From the IMG/VR virus record IMGVR_UViG_3300036846_001501: a DNA stretch of 64,000 nucleotides; one strand, 5' to 3'. The notes under the pieces were generated by a model. It was not told where the DNA came from. It made no database searches and worked only from the letters and a program-made list of their open reading frames with translations. The translations under genes were made by a program, and so were the position numbers. This document shows positions 46,384-55,098 of the stretch, piece by piece (the first letter of the stretch is position 1; every line of letters starts with the position of its first letter). Origin of the DNA: an uncultured virus (IMG/VR IMGVR_UViG_3300036846_001501). Lineage: Duplodnaviria > Heunggongvirae > Uroviricota > Caudoviricetes.

Positions 46384-47521
46384 AACCTGACCCCGGCACG
46401 GCCAAGGCGCCTTCGAGGGGAAAACCCTGGTCGGCACAGGCCCGGCCGATCAGCCGCCAGAGTGTGGCCCGCTCGTAATCTCCGGGATCACGGGCATCGG
46501 GGAGCCGCACCGCCACCAGCCGGCCCTTGAGCTGGTCCTTGAGCCGATCGAGCGAGAACTTCTGCTCGGCCCCTTCCTCCTCCCAGGCATCGGGGTCGAG
46601 GCAGAGCACGACCAGGCCCCCCTCCGCGACCCAGTCGCCCAGCAACTCGACCTGCCGCGCCGAGATCGTCTTGCCGAAGAGCCCCACCGCCTCCGGCCCC
46701 ACTGCCCAGACATCGGTGACCCCCTCGCAGACGACGACAACCCGGGACGCCCGGGCGCGGTCGTAGTTGTAGAGGGTCCGCTTGGCCGAGAACCCCTTGA
46801 GGGTCAGGTACTTGGGGATCCGCGATTCCTTGGTCACCGTCCCCACATAGCGGGCCTGCCAGCCGACCCGCTCGCCGCGGAAGTGGACCGGGATCAAGAT
46901 CCGACCGCCGGCGGGCAGGGTCGGCCCCACGCCCCGGCGGCAGAAGGCGACGTCCCAGGTGGCCGCCAGCTCCGCCATATCGAATCCGCGGCCGTGGACG
47001 TAACGGAGCGCCGGGTGGTCAGGGCCCAGGTCCGCAAGCGGCAGGATCTCGCCGGGCAGCTCGACCGGACCGGGCTCGAGGTCGATCACGATCCCGGGCT
47101 CGACCCGCATCGATTCCAGAAGGACGCGGACCGAGTGGTTCTTGAAACCGAAGACCATTGCCATCAGCTCGGCGTTGTGGTCCCAGGTGCACTGCTCGTT
47201 GAAGCAGTTCGCCAGCCAGTCCATCCGCCGTCCCGTGTATGGGTCCGGCGTGTTCCAGAGATGGCAGATCGACAGCCGCGCCTTGTGGTCGGCGCAGAAC
47301 GGGCAGCGGACGGCGTAATGCTCGCCGCGATAGGCGAAGCCTGCGCGGAATTCGCCGCTCTCGGCGTGGTGGAAGGGCGGGCCCGGGATCGCCGCCTCGC
47401 CGGGATTGGAGATCCGCACCGGCCCGAACGTGGCCCGCAGGAGGGAATAGAGCCGGCGATTGAGGACGGCGGTGGCCTCGCCGTGGATGTAATGCTCAAG
47501 CGCGCTGGGTGGCCGGATCAT
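46382..47521 (-). CDS. DnaG-type DNA primase
   Basis: Zn finger CPFC...C...C, RILIP, GWQAR, KY, TOPRIM VCEGVTD and LDPD, DPGD. Confidence 0.92.
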   Translation of the reverse strand: MIRPPSALEHYIHGEATAVLNRRLYSLLRATFGPVRISNPGEAAIPGPPFHHAESGEFRAGFAYRGEHYAVRCPFCADHKARLSICHLWNTPDPYTGRRMDWLANCFNEQCTWDHNAELMAMVFGFKNHSVRVLLESMRVEPGIVIDLEPGPVELPGEILPLADLGPDHPALRYVHGRGFDMAELAATWDVAFCRRGVGPTLPAGGRILIPVHFRGERVGWQARYVGTVTKESRIPKYLTLKGFSAKRTLYNYDRARASRVVVVCEGVTDVWAVGPEAVGLFGKTISARQVELLGDWVAEGGLVVLCLDPDAWEEEGAEQKFSLDRLKDQLKGRLVAVRLPDARDPGDYERATLWRLIGRACADQGFPLEGALAVPGSG

Positions 47522-49209
47522 GATTCGCTCCACCACTCGTTCGAGTCCTCGAAGCCGACCGCCTCGGTCGCCGGGGCCAGCTCCTCCAGCGGCCCCTCGA
47601 CCTCCACCAGGACGTCCTTGGCGACGATCACGTTGTTGTGGATCACATAGCCGTCGTCGATGCACCGCCAGTGGCCAAACTCGCCGACCAGGCGCACGCA
47701 CTTGTGCTTGCCCAGGTCCCCCGTCCGCCGGGCCTTCGAGCAGTGGCAATTGGTGGCGAAGTGCTCGTCCAGGAGGCCAATCGCAAAGTGGAAGTCGAGT
47801 CCCTTGGCCCAGGTCTTCGAGCCCAGAGCATCGGCGTGCGAGAGCATCACCCCGGAGCTTTTCTTCAAGTTCGCGCCGGCGAGCTGGTTGGTCATCCAGA
47901 CGGGGATGTCGAACCGGACAGCGACCTGGCGGCGGAGCCGGTGCACGAACGAGTCCAGCGAGAGCCGGGTCGCGGTGGCGAGGTCGCCCCGGTAGTTGCC
48001 GTGCGCGGCCAGGTAGTTCTCGACCAGAAGGTCGAGCGAGTCGACCAGGACGCAGCCCGGCAGGATGCCGTCCTTCTCCTGTTTCCGCGCGATCTGCGCG
48101 GCGACCTCCTCGGCCCCGCCGGTGCCCAGGCCCCCCTGGTCCATGCAGAGGAACCGGATATTGGTCAGCTCGGCCACCGCCGCGTGGAACCGCTCGTACT
48201 CGCCGGGATAGGTTGCCTCGTCCTTCTGGTGCTTCTTGCAGTAGTCCCGCTCATACTGCTTCAGGTGCCCCGTGCGGGAGAGGTTCGACAGGTTGGGCGT
48301 GGCATGGACCAGCTCGGTGCGGCTGATCCCCGCGGCGTAGGCGACGGTGCGGATCCGCCACTTCCGGACGTCATCCTCATAGCTAAAAAGAAGCACGTCG
48401 CGGAGTGGCTCGCCATGGGTGAGCACGCGCTTCCGATAGATCCGGGCCTGGGAGACGGCGAGCTGGCTCATCAGAGTCGATTTGCCTTGGCCCAAGCCGC
48501 CTAAGAGGCCCAGGCATTCTGGAGCCGCGGTGCCGCCGCCCATCAGGTCGTCGAGGAAGCTGATCCCGGTGGGGACGATCGCGGGGGCGTGGAACAAACC
48601 GTCGGCCGCGGCAATCCCCTGCCAGTCGTCCCGGGAAATCGCCTCGATCCGCTCCATCTTGGCCCGCGCGTTGTCGTAGACGGCGGCATAATTGGCACAG
48701 TAGCCGGTGCCGCCCCGCGCGACCGCCTCGCGGAGCGGTGCATACACGTCGCGCTCGAGCAGGAACTGCTTCAGGAGGAATCGCCCCTGGTCGGCGTCGA
48801 CGTCGTCCGGAGCCGTCAGCTTGTAAGCCCGGTAGATGATGCCAGGCTCGTCCTTGGGATTGGTGGGGTCGCAGTCGCTCGGGGTGTCGGTCAGCATCCG
48901 GGCCTGGTCCGGCGAGAGGTCCTGGTCGTGGACGACCCGGTCCCGGGCGGCATTCAGGAGTGCCGTGTAGGGCACGCGCTCCCGGCCGGGATACTGCTCG
49001 CAGAGCGCAAAGAGCAACTCGACGCCGATCTCGAGGAAGCGCTCGCCGGCCAGGCTGAAGAGCCGGGGCCGCAGATGCTGCCGCGCCTCATCGCGGACCA
49101 GGCGATGCCGGACCAGGCTGATAAAGAGCGACTCGAGCTGCCAGGGCTCCAGGGGCGGCTGGATGACCGGCATGGGCTGGGCAGCTTCGGGTTCCTGCGG
49201 CATCGGCAT
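47518..49209 (-). CDS. DnaB-like replicative helicase
   Basis: PTGI.FLD.LMGGG, GGLGQGKST, FSYE, LVDSLD, WMTNQL, KAR. Confidence 0.9.
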   Translation of the reverse strand: MPMPQEPEAAQPMPVIQPPLEPWQLESLFISLVRHRLVRDEARQHLRPRLFSLAGERFLEIGVELLFALCEQYPGRERVPYTALLNAARDRVVHDQDLSPDQARMLTDTPSDCDPTNPKDEPGIIYRAYKLTAPDDVDADQGRFLLKQFLLERDVYAPLREAVARGGTGYCANYAAVYDNARAKMERIEAISRDDWQGIAAADGLFHAPAIVPTGISFLDDLMGGGTAAPECLGLLGGLGQGKSTLMSQLAVSQARIYRKRVLTHGEPLRDVLLFSYEDDVRKWRIRTVAYAAGISRTELVHATPNLSNLSRTGHLKQYERDYCKKHQKDEATYPGEYERFHAAVAELTNIRFLCMDQGGLGTGGAEEVAAQIARKQEKDGILPGCVLVDSLDLLVENYLAAHGNYRGDLATATRLSLDSFVHRLRRQVAVRFDIPVWMTNQLAGANLKKSSGVMLSHADALGSKTWAKGLDFHFAIGLLDEHFATNCHCSKARRTGDLGKHKCVRLVGEFGHWRCIDDGYVIHNNVIVAKDVLVEVEGPLEELAPATEAVGFEDSNEWWSES

Positions 49210-49224
49210 TGCTCCTCGAGGCTC

Positions 49225-49908
49225 CTAGAGCCCGGCCAGGATCGCCTCGGCCTGGGTCTTGAGCGTCCGGGGGATCAGGTCTCCCCAGGCCCGGTCGTAG
49301 ATGGCCCGGCGGAAGAGATACTGTGTCAGCGCCGGGCCGAGGAACCGCTGCGACAGCTCCGGGTCGCCGGCCTGCATGGCGTGGCAATAGCGGAATAACC
49401 CGGAGAGATCGAACGTCGTATCGGCCAGCACCCGCGCGAGCGCGACCCCACGATCGATCTTCTCGCGGGCGGCCAGGAGGGCCGCCTCGCCAACCATCAG
49501 CTCGTTCTGGACCCGCAGCGCCACTTTCAGCTCCCCCTCCATCTCCCGCGCCCGGTCCTCATACTGATCGAGCATGCGGGGCGAGAGCATGACGTTGGGC
49601 AGGGGCATCTCGCCGACCTCGCGGCCCTCGAAGAGGAGCGCGACGAGTACGAACGGGTCGAGTCCGTCCTCCAGACAGCGGCGCGCGATCGACAGCCAGA
49701 TGCACGGGTGCCGGACGCCGTTGGGGTCGAGCCCGCCGTCCCAGCGGGGGATCCGGGTCTCGCCCCAGGTCGACGGCCGGCCCGTCTGCTGGGTCTGTAT
49801 CGCCCGCCGCCGCGCGACGTAGGCGCTGCGGAGCCGGTTCGCCGTGCTCCGCACGGCCGCGCTCGGCCCAGGCCGGTCCTTCAGGCGGTCATACTCGTCT
49901 GTGCCCAT
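49225..49908 (-). CDS. Hypothetical protein (possible helicase accessory/loader)
   Basis: GGAG SD before MGTDEY; lies between SF2 helicase and DnaB. Confidence 0.65.
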   Translation of the reverse strand: MGTDEYDRLKDRPGPSAAVRSTANRLRSAYVARRRAIQTQQTGRPSTWGETRIPRWDGGLDPNGVRHPCIWLSIARRCLEDGLDPFVLVALLFEGREVGEMPLPNVMLSPRMLDQYEDRAREMEGELKVALRVQNELMVGEAALLAAREKIDRGVALARVLADTTFDLSGLFRYCHAMQAGDPELSQRFLGPALTQYLFRRAIYDRAWGDLIPRTLKTQAEAILAGL

Positions 49909-51380
49909 CCCCGCTCCAGGTAGTTGTGCTTGCGGGCCGTCGAGCCCGTGTGGAGACCATGGTCGAACCGGTCGTTGCAGTCGATCAGGATTCCCACCGC
50001 CTTGCCCGAGGGCGCATGGGTCCGGGACACCCGGCCCGGGATCTGCTCGTCGAGGATCGTCGACCGGCGGGCGTCGGCCCGGATCAGGACCGCGAGCTGG
50101 TCGAAGGAAACCCCCGTCGCCCAGACGTCGGTGGCGATCACCTTCTGGACCTCGCCGCACTCGAAGTCGAGCCGGAGCTGCTCGCGGCGCTCCGGGGTCA
50201 TCGGCGCGAAGTCGGCCTCGACCAGGCCCCCCGCGGCGTACTTCTCGAACTTGTCGACGTCGTGGGTCGCGTAGCAGAGCTGGAACTCCGGCAGGAAGCT
50301 GCGGAGGTGCACCGCGTGCTCGATCGTGGCGACCATGATCAGGACCTGGTCGTCGGCGTCGAAGGTCCGCGCCGCCGCGGCGATCCGCTGGTTGCGGACC
50401 TTGTTCCGCCAGATCCCGACCTTCTTCTTCTGCACCCCCTCCAGGTCCTTGCAGGGATTCTTGTCCATCTCGATATTGAGCCAGCGGACCTCGATCGGCA
50501 CCACCAGGCCCAGGGTCGTGGCCTCGGGCCACGTCATCCGGTAGGTCAGGGGGCCGAAGAGGCCCTCCATCCGGGCGTCGCCACCGTCCGTGCGCCCCTC
50601 GGGGGTGGCCGTGAAGGCGTACCGCAGGGCCCGGGGGGCAACCCGGCCCAGGACCTCGCTCTTCCTGGCCGCCATGTAGCGGTGCGCCTCGTCGACGAAC
50701 AGGATGTCGACGTCCTCGGGGCAGTGGTGCAGGCTCCCCCCGGTGTAGACCGTGACCCGGCGCTGCTGGTGCTGACCGCCCCCCACCATGCCCACGTTCG
50801 GCAGGTAGTTGAGCATGTGGATGTGGGTCTTCGAGCAGTTATCGATGTCGGGCGCCGTGATCCCGATCTTTGCCTGGGGGTAGAGCAGGCCGTAGGCCGC
50901 GAACAGGAAGCTCTTGCCGACGCCGGGGGGCACCTGCACCACGCCCCCCAGGCGATGGCCGACCTGGGCGGCCACCGCGGCCACGATCTCCTCCTGCTTG
51001 GGGCGGAAGGAGAAGTGGCGCCGCAGGCGGGGCCAGTCCGGGGCGAGCGCCTCGGCGTGGTACTCGGTCAGGTCGGTGTACTGGACCTGGTAGCCGGCTT
51101 TTTGAAGGGTCCGGTAGACCCGCGGGGCGTAGCCCGCACCGCACATCAGCCGGCCCCGCGGGTCATAGCGGTAGAGCCGGCGGGGCTCGAGCCGGACGCG
51201 CTGCCGCTCACCCGTCTCGCCGTCGATCGCGTCGACGCCGTAGAGCTGCTCGACGTGGGTGTACTCCAGTTGCTGGGCCAGGAGCGCATGCGCGCCGCCG
51301 TCTAAGGGCTGACGGCCGTCGACGGAGACGTCGAGGAGCGGGCCATACCTGCGAATCACGGCATGCCGTGCCTGGTCCAT
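49881..51380 (-). CDS. Superfamily 2 DEAH helicase (UvsW-like)
   Basis: RPKQ, PPGVGKS, DEAH, TAT, ATGVS, QIPGRVSR. Confidence 0.92.
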   Translation of the reverse strand: MDQARHAVIRRYGPLLDVSVDGRQPLDGGAHALLAQQLEYTHVEQLYGVDAIDGETGERQRVRLEPRRLYRYDPRGRLMCGAGYAPRVYRTLQKAGYQVQYTDLTEYHAEALAPDWPRLRRHFSFRPKQEEIVAAVAAQVGHRLGGVVQVPPGVGKSFLFAAYGLLYPQAKIGITAPDIDNCSKTHIHMLNYLPNVGMVGGGQHQQRRVTVYTGGSLHHCPEDVDILFVDEAHRYMAARKSEVLGRVAPRALRYAFTATPEGRTDGGDARMEGLFGPLTYRMTWPEATTLGLVVPIEVRWLNIEMDKNPCKDLEGVQKKKVGIWRNKVRNQRIAAAARTFDADDQVLIMVATIEHAVHLRSFLPEFQLCYATHDVDKFEKYAAGGLVEADFAPMTPERREQLRLDFECGEVQKVIATDVWATGVSFDQLAVLIRADARRSTILDEQIPGRVSRTHAPSGKAVGILIDCNDRFDHGLHTGSTARKHNYLERGWAQTSMTA

Positions 51381-51386
51381 GACCCT

Positions 51387-51863
51387 TCATCTCCATCGTC
51401 GCTGCTGGACCTCGACCACCTGGAACGTGCCGTACTGCCCAGGCTTGTAGGGACTGATCCCCTTGTAGCGGCCGGCGGTGTCCATGAGCCGCCAGAACTG
51501 GTCGACCATCAGGCCCTGCGGGAGCACGCAGTTGACCCCGATCATCTCTCCCTTCAAGAACGCCTCGTGGAGGGCGTAGCGGCGCCGGACCGTCGGCTCG
51601 CCGTTCTCCTGGGGGAAGTAGCGACGCCACCTCCCCGTGATCCCATCGACCGCCGGGTCCCACTCCACGCGGGCGACCAGTTCGGTTGGGACGTTGAGCA
51701 CGGTGGCCGCGAAGCGGCTGATCGACCGCCACCACGTCGGCAGGAACATGACCTGGCCATCGGGGTTCCTCAGCATGGCGAAGACGATGTCCGACCCCTC
51801 CTTGCGGCGGGCTGCGCCCAACGACGCCTGAGTAAACCTCAACCTGAGAACTACCTCGTCCAT
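51387..51863 (-). CDS. Stand-alone RAMP (Cas7/Csm3-like) protein
   Basis: LRLRFTQASLG first strand, DGQVMFLPTWWRS (cf. G.P.IP..S.KG), HEAF..G, C-terminal G-rich loop GISPYKPGQYGTFQV; upstream in-frame starts at 51914 and 51941. Confidence 0.65.
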   Translation of the reverse strand: MDEVVLRLRFTQASLGAARRKEGSDIVFAMLRNPDGQVMFLPTWWRSISRFAATVLNVPTELVARVEWDPAVDGITGRWRRYFPQENGEPTVRRRYALHEAFLKGEMIGVNCVLPQGLMVDQFWRLMDTAGRYKGISPYKPGQYGTFQVVEVQQRRWR

Positions 51864-51917
51864 GGGCGACCCGTCGGCCTTTCCGGGCGCCTCGAAGGAC
51901 GCCCAGGCCGCCATCGT

Positions 51918-51952
51918 AAGGCCGTCCCGCGGCCGGGACAATCCCGGCCGCG
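51918..51952. repeat. GC hairpin in the RAMP leader (11-bp perfect stem at 51928-51952)
   Basis: CGCGGCCGGGA-CAA-TCCCGGCCGCG. Confidence 0.75.
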
Positions 51953-51960
51953 AGACAGTG

Positions 51961-51974
51961 AATTACCGTGAATT
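51961..51974. promoter_or_regulatory. AATT-N6-AATT site, copy 6 (AATTACCGTGAATT)
   Basis: Immediately after stop of the IS110/Nop-like gene, upstream of the RAMP gene. Confidence 0.6.
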
Positions 51975-52951
51975 CAACGATCGCCGGCGGCGTCCGCCAT
52001 GTGCCGGCGGAACGCCGCCGCCGTGGCGTAGTCGGGCCCGCCGCCGGCCTCCGGCCCGATCTTGAAATAGTGCTCGGGGACGAACAGGCCCTGGTCGTAA
52101 CGGCTCTGCCAGGCTCGCCTCTGGGGATGCAAGGCGTCGAGCCAGGACCAGCGGAGGAAGTCGAGGAAGTGGCGGGCGGTGGCGAGGTCCGCCCGCGCAT
52201 GGTTCTGCTCGCGCCAGTAGCACCCGCCCCAGTAGCGCCAGAGGAAGTCGCCGGGGGCGGTCGGGTCGATGCGCGGTTCGCCAGACCGCCAGGCGGCCAT
52301 CACCTGCTGCCGGCGATCGCGGCGGCTCGTCGAGCCCCTCGCCACCAGGCTGTCGAGCCCGAGGTAGCTCTTGAGCCGGCCGGCCCGGTCGGGGTGGTTC
52401 GGATCGATGAACCACCGCGGGTCGAGGATTGCCGCCACCAGCCGCACCACGGCCGACTCGTCCAGGCGGGTGATGAAGGACAGGGCCGGGTACGCCGGAT
52501 GCGCCTCGAGCTGCGGCATGCACTCCTGGACGGAGCGGCCGTGCGCGAGCTGGTCCGCCATCGCGTAGGCGGCCGCCTCGCCGCAGCCGAGCCGGTGCCA
52601 GCCGCCCCGGCTGGGCGCGTCTGCGTCGATCTGGTGGATTGCCAGCAGCACAGCCGCCGGCCCCTCGGGCTCGAGCGCCGCCCAGTCGACATGGCCCGGG
52701 CGGCCGACCTCGATCACCGCCGCGTCGCCGAAGCGGGCGCGGAGGAGCGTGATCAGGGCTGCATTTTGCCGGCATCCCAGGAGCCGGATCGCCCGCGTCT
52801 CGCGGACGTCGAGCTGTGCGACAAATTGCCCGGGCGTCATGCCCGTATCGACCGGCGCGGCGGCGCCGTCGAGCATCCATACCATCCCGAAGAACGGGTC
52901 AAAGTGGAGTTTCAGGGCCGCCGTCGCACAGGCCATTCCGGTGGGGAGCAT
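51974..52951 (-). CDS. IS110-transposase-C-terminal / Nop-domain (Tas-like) protein
   Basis: HPAYPALSFITRLD..AV.RLVAAILDPRWF...RLKSYLGL resembles the IS110 Transposase_20 pattern L..I.GIG...AA.L.AEI.D..RF....L.SY.GL; C-terminal HARA..ATARHFL.FL...W helix. Confidence 0.6.
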   Translation of the reverse strand: MLPTGMACATAALKLHFDPFFGMVWMLDGAAAPVDTGMTPGQFVAQLDVRETRAIRLLGCRQNAALITLLRARFGDAAVIEVGRPGHVDWAALEPEGPAAVLLAIHQIDADAPSRGGWHRLGCGEAAAYAMADQLAHGRSVQECMPQLEAHPAYPALSFITRLDESAVVRLVAAILDPRWFIDPNHPDRAGRLKSYLGLDSLVARGSTSRRDRRQQVMAAWRSGEPRIDPTAPGDFLWRYWGGCYWREQNHARADLATARHFLDFLRWSWLDALHPQRRAWQSRYDQGLFVPEHYFKIGPEAGGGPDYATAAAFRRHMADAAGDR

Positions 52952-52965
52952 CGATGCCTCGCAGT

Positions 52966-55098
52966 TCAGTTCAGGGAGACAACGTGGTCGAACAGGTGCG
53001 ACAGCCCCGGCTCGTGGCTCACCAGCAGGCACTGAAGGCCCCGGGTCGTCGACAGGTCCCGGAGCTTCTGGAGCGCGATCTCGACGCAATGGATGTTCTT
53101 CTCGTCCAGCCAGATCGTGGGTTCGTCCAGGGCTAGCATTCCAATATCGTGGGTGAAATGACGATTGACGGCCACCCGGAACGCCAGGCAGAGAAGCACC
53201 TTCTGGCCCCCCGAGAGTCGGGCCGCGGGGATGTCCCGGGCCCCATTCTTGAAGTCGGCCTTGAAGGCCAGCTCCTCCGTGGTCGTGATCGTGAAGCCGG
53301 TCTGAAACTCCTCCAGCACCGCGTTGACGTCCCGCTGGAGCAGCCCCAGATAGTTCCGCGCCACGTAGCGCGGCAACGCATCGCGGTGGAAGACGCCGCG
53401 CAGGGCCGTCAGGTGGTCGACCAGGGCCCGGGTCCGGGCCATCGCCACCTCCTCGGCCTCGAGTCGCTTGAGCATCGCCCGGTCGTCATCGAGGCGCCCC
53501 TTGCGGACCCTGATCTCGCCGCCGAGCCGGGCCCGTTCCTGGAGCCGGGCATCCACGGCCGCAAGCCCTTGCTGCGCCCGGGCGTGGCGGGCTCGTGGTA
53601 CCAGGTTCTCGCGGCGGCGCGCGGCCGCCTGCTCGCAGCGGACCACCGTGGCCTCCCACTGCCCGGTGAGGTGATTGACCCCGCTCGAGAGCCGCGCCGC
53701 CGTCTGCCGTGCCGTGGCGAGTGCCGCCTCCAGCGCAGCGAGCTGGTTGACCTCGCCCTCGAGTGCCGTGCGGTCCTCAGCCGGAGCCGCCGGTTCCTCG
53801 GCCAACCGGTCGAGGTCCGCCTGGAGCTGGTCCAGCCGCTCCCGGAAGCCGGCCCGCCAGGTCTTCCAGACCTTGAGCCGCTGCTCGTAGGTCTCGGCCG
53901 CCCGGAACCGGCCGTCCAGGCGAGCGATCTCGGCGTCCAGGAAGACCAGCTCGGCCTGGCTCTCCGCGAGCGCCGTCGTCAGGTGCTCGGCCGGTGTGCC
54001 ACAGGTCGGGCAGGCACTCTTGCCCCCGGCCATGGCCGTCGTGAACCGCCGGTGCCACTCGGCGTCGGCCCGGCACTCGGCCAGGTGCTTGCGCGCCGCC
54101 TCGTCGGTCGGGGCGTATTCGGGCGGCGCCTCCGGCTTGGGGTGGAGGTTCTGCTCGGCCGCGAGCGCGTCGCGGCGACCATCCAGGGCGGCCCGCGCCT
54201 TGGCGGCCCGCTCGAAGGTCTTCCACAGGGCGAGGACCGTCTTGGCCTCGTCTGCGCGGGTCAGGGCGCCCGGCCGGGTCGCCTCGAGTGCCGCCAGGGC
54301 CTCCTCGCCCTGTTTCAGCGTCGTCCGCTCGGCCGTGATGCGCTCGGCCAGGCGGTACAGCTCGGCCCGGCCGTTCTGCTCGTCTTGCCGCGCCTGGAGC
54401 CAGGCATGCCGCGCCTGAACCAGCCGGTAATTGGGGTCGGCCTCACGGACATACTCCCGCAGGTCATCATACGACTTCTGCTCGGTGATGAGGGCGGCCA
54501 GGCCGATCCCATCGTCCTCGATCCTGATCCGGAGCCGATCCAGCTCGCCCGAGCGCTGGGGGATCTCGATCACCGCCATGCGGCGGCCCACGAGCGACCA
54601 GATCTCCTCGGCGTCGCGGGTCCGAAAGAGCTGGGCGAAGACCTTCGCCCGCTCCGTGTCCGTCGCGTCCAGGATGCCGGTGATGGCCTCCTGGCGGACG
54701 AAGATGTACTCGCCCAGGAGCGGGGCCACGGGGCCCAGCAGCTCGGAGAGCGCCTGGCCCACCTTGCGCTCGTCGAGGATCGGCTCGCCGCCGTCGACCC
54801 GCAGCTCGGTGCGGGCCTTGTTCAGGCCCCGGATGATCTCGATCTGGTGGGCCCCGAGATCGAATCGGCCGACCAGCCGCGACCGGTCATTGGGACCGGC
54901 CGTGCGTGAGATGTGATCATCCTTCTTGCCATTCATCGCCGCGCTCCCGAGAAGGAGGATCTGGATGGCATCAAGGATCGTGCTCTTGCCCGAGCCATTC
55001 GGGCCCTCGATCAGGTTCATGTGGGGGCTGGGCGTGAATTCCAGGCTGCGATGGCAGCCGAAATTCTCCAGCTTGACGTACCGGGTTGCCAGTCTCAC
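52966..55098 (-). CDS. Rad50/SbcC-like SMC ATPase
   Basis: LENF..H, GPNGSGKST, Q-loop FVRQ, zinc hook CPTC, LSGGQ, LDEPT, VSH. Confidence 0.95.
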   Translation of the reverse strand: MRLATRYVKLENFGCHRSLEFTPSPHMNLIEGPNGSGKSTILDAIQILLLGSAAMNGKKDDHISRTAGPNDRSRLVGRFDLGAHQIEIIRGLNKARTELRVDGGEPILDERKVGQALSELLGPVAPLLGEYIFVRQEAITGILDATDTERAKVFAQLFRTRDAEEIWSLVGRRMAVIEIPQRSGELDRLRIRIEDDGIGLAALITEQKSYDDLREYVREADPNYRLVQARHAWLQARQDEQNGRAELYRLAERITAERTTLKQGEEALAALEATRPGALTRADEAKTVLALWKTFERAAKARAALDGRRDALAAEQNLHPKPEAPPEYAPTDEAARKHLAECRADAEWHRRFTTAMAGGKSACPTCGTPAEHLTTALAESQAELVFLDAEIARLDGRFRAAETYEQRLKVWKTWRAGFRERLDQLQADLDRLAEEPAAPAEDRTALEGEVNQLAALEAALATARQTAARLSSGVNHLTGQWEATVVRCEQAAARRRENLVPRARHARAQQGLAAVDARLQERARLGGEIRVRKGRLDDDRAMLKRLEAEEVAMARTRALVDHLTALRGVFHRDALPRYVARNYLGLLQRDVNAVLEEFQTGFTITTTEELAFKADFKNGARDIPAARLSGGQKVLLCLAFRVAVNRHFTHDIGMLALDEPTIWLDEKNIHCVEIALQKLRDLSTTRGLQCLLVSHEPGLSHLFDHVVSLN

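Noticed and set aside
51974..52951. Active IS110 insertion sequence
   Set aside because: No recognisable DEDD tetrad, no room for IS ends, single copy, tightly embedded in the operon
51300..53000. CRISPR or TIGR array next to the RAMP and Nop-like genes
   Set aside because: No repeated unit with spacers or short periodic motif seen by eye in the flanks; an array could exist outside the window
40578..54909. Long plus-strand ORFs (for example 40578-42452, 44194-45606, 49926-51305, 53149-54909)
   Set aside because: Stop-poor antisense frames expected in high-GC DNA opposite well-supported genes; no motifs
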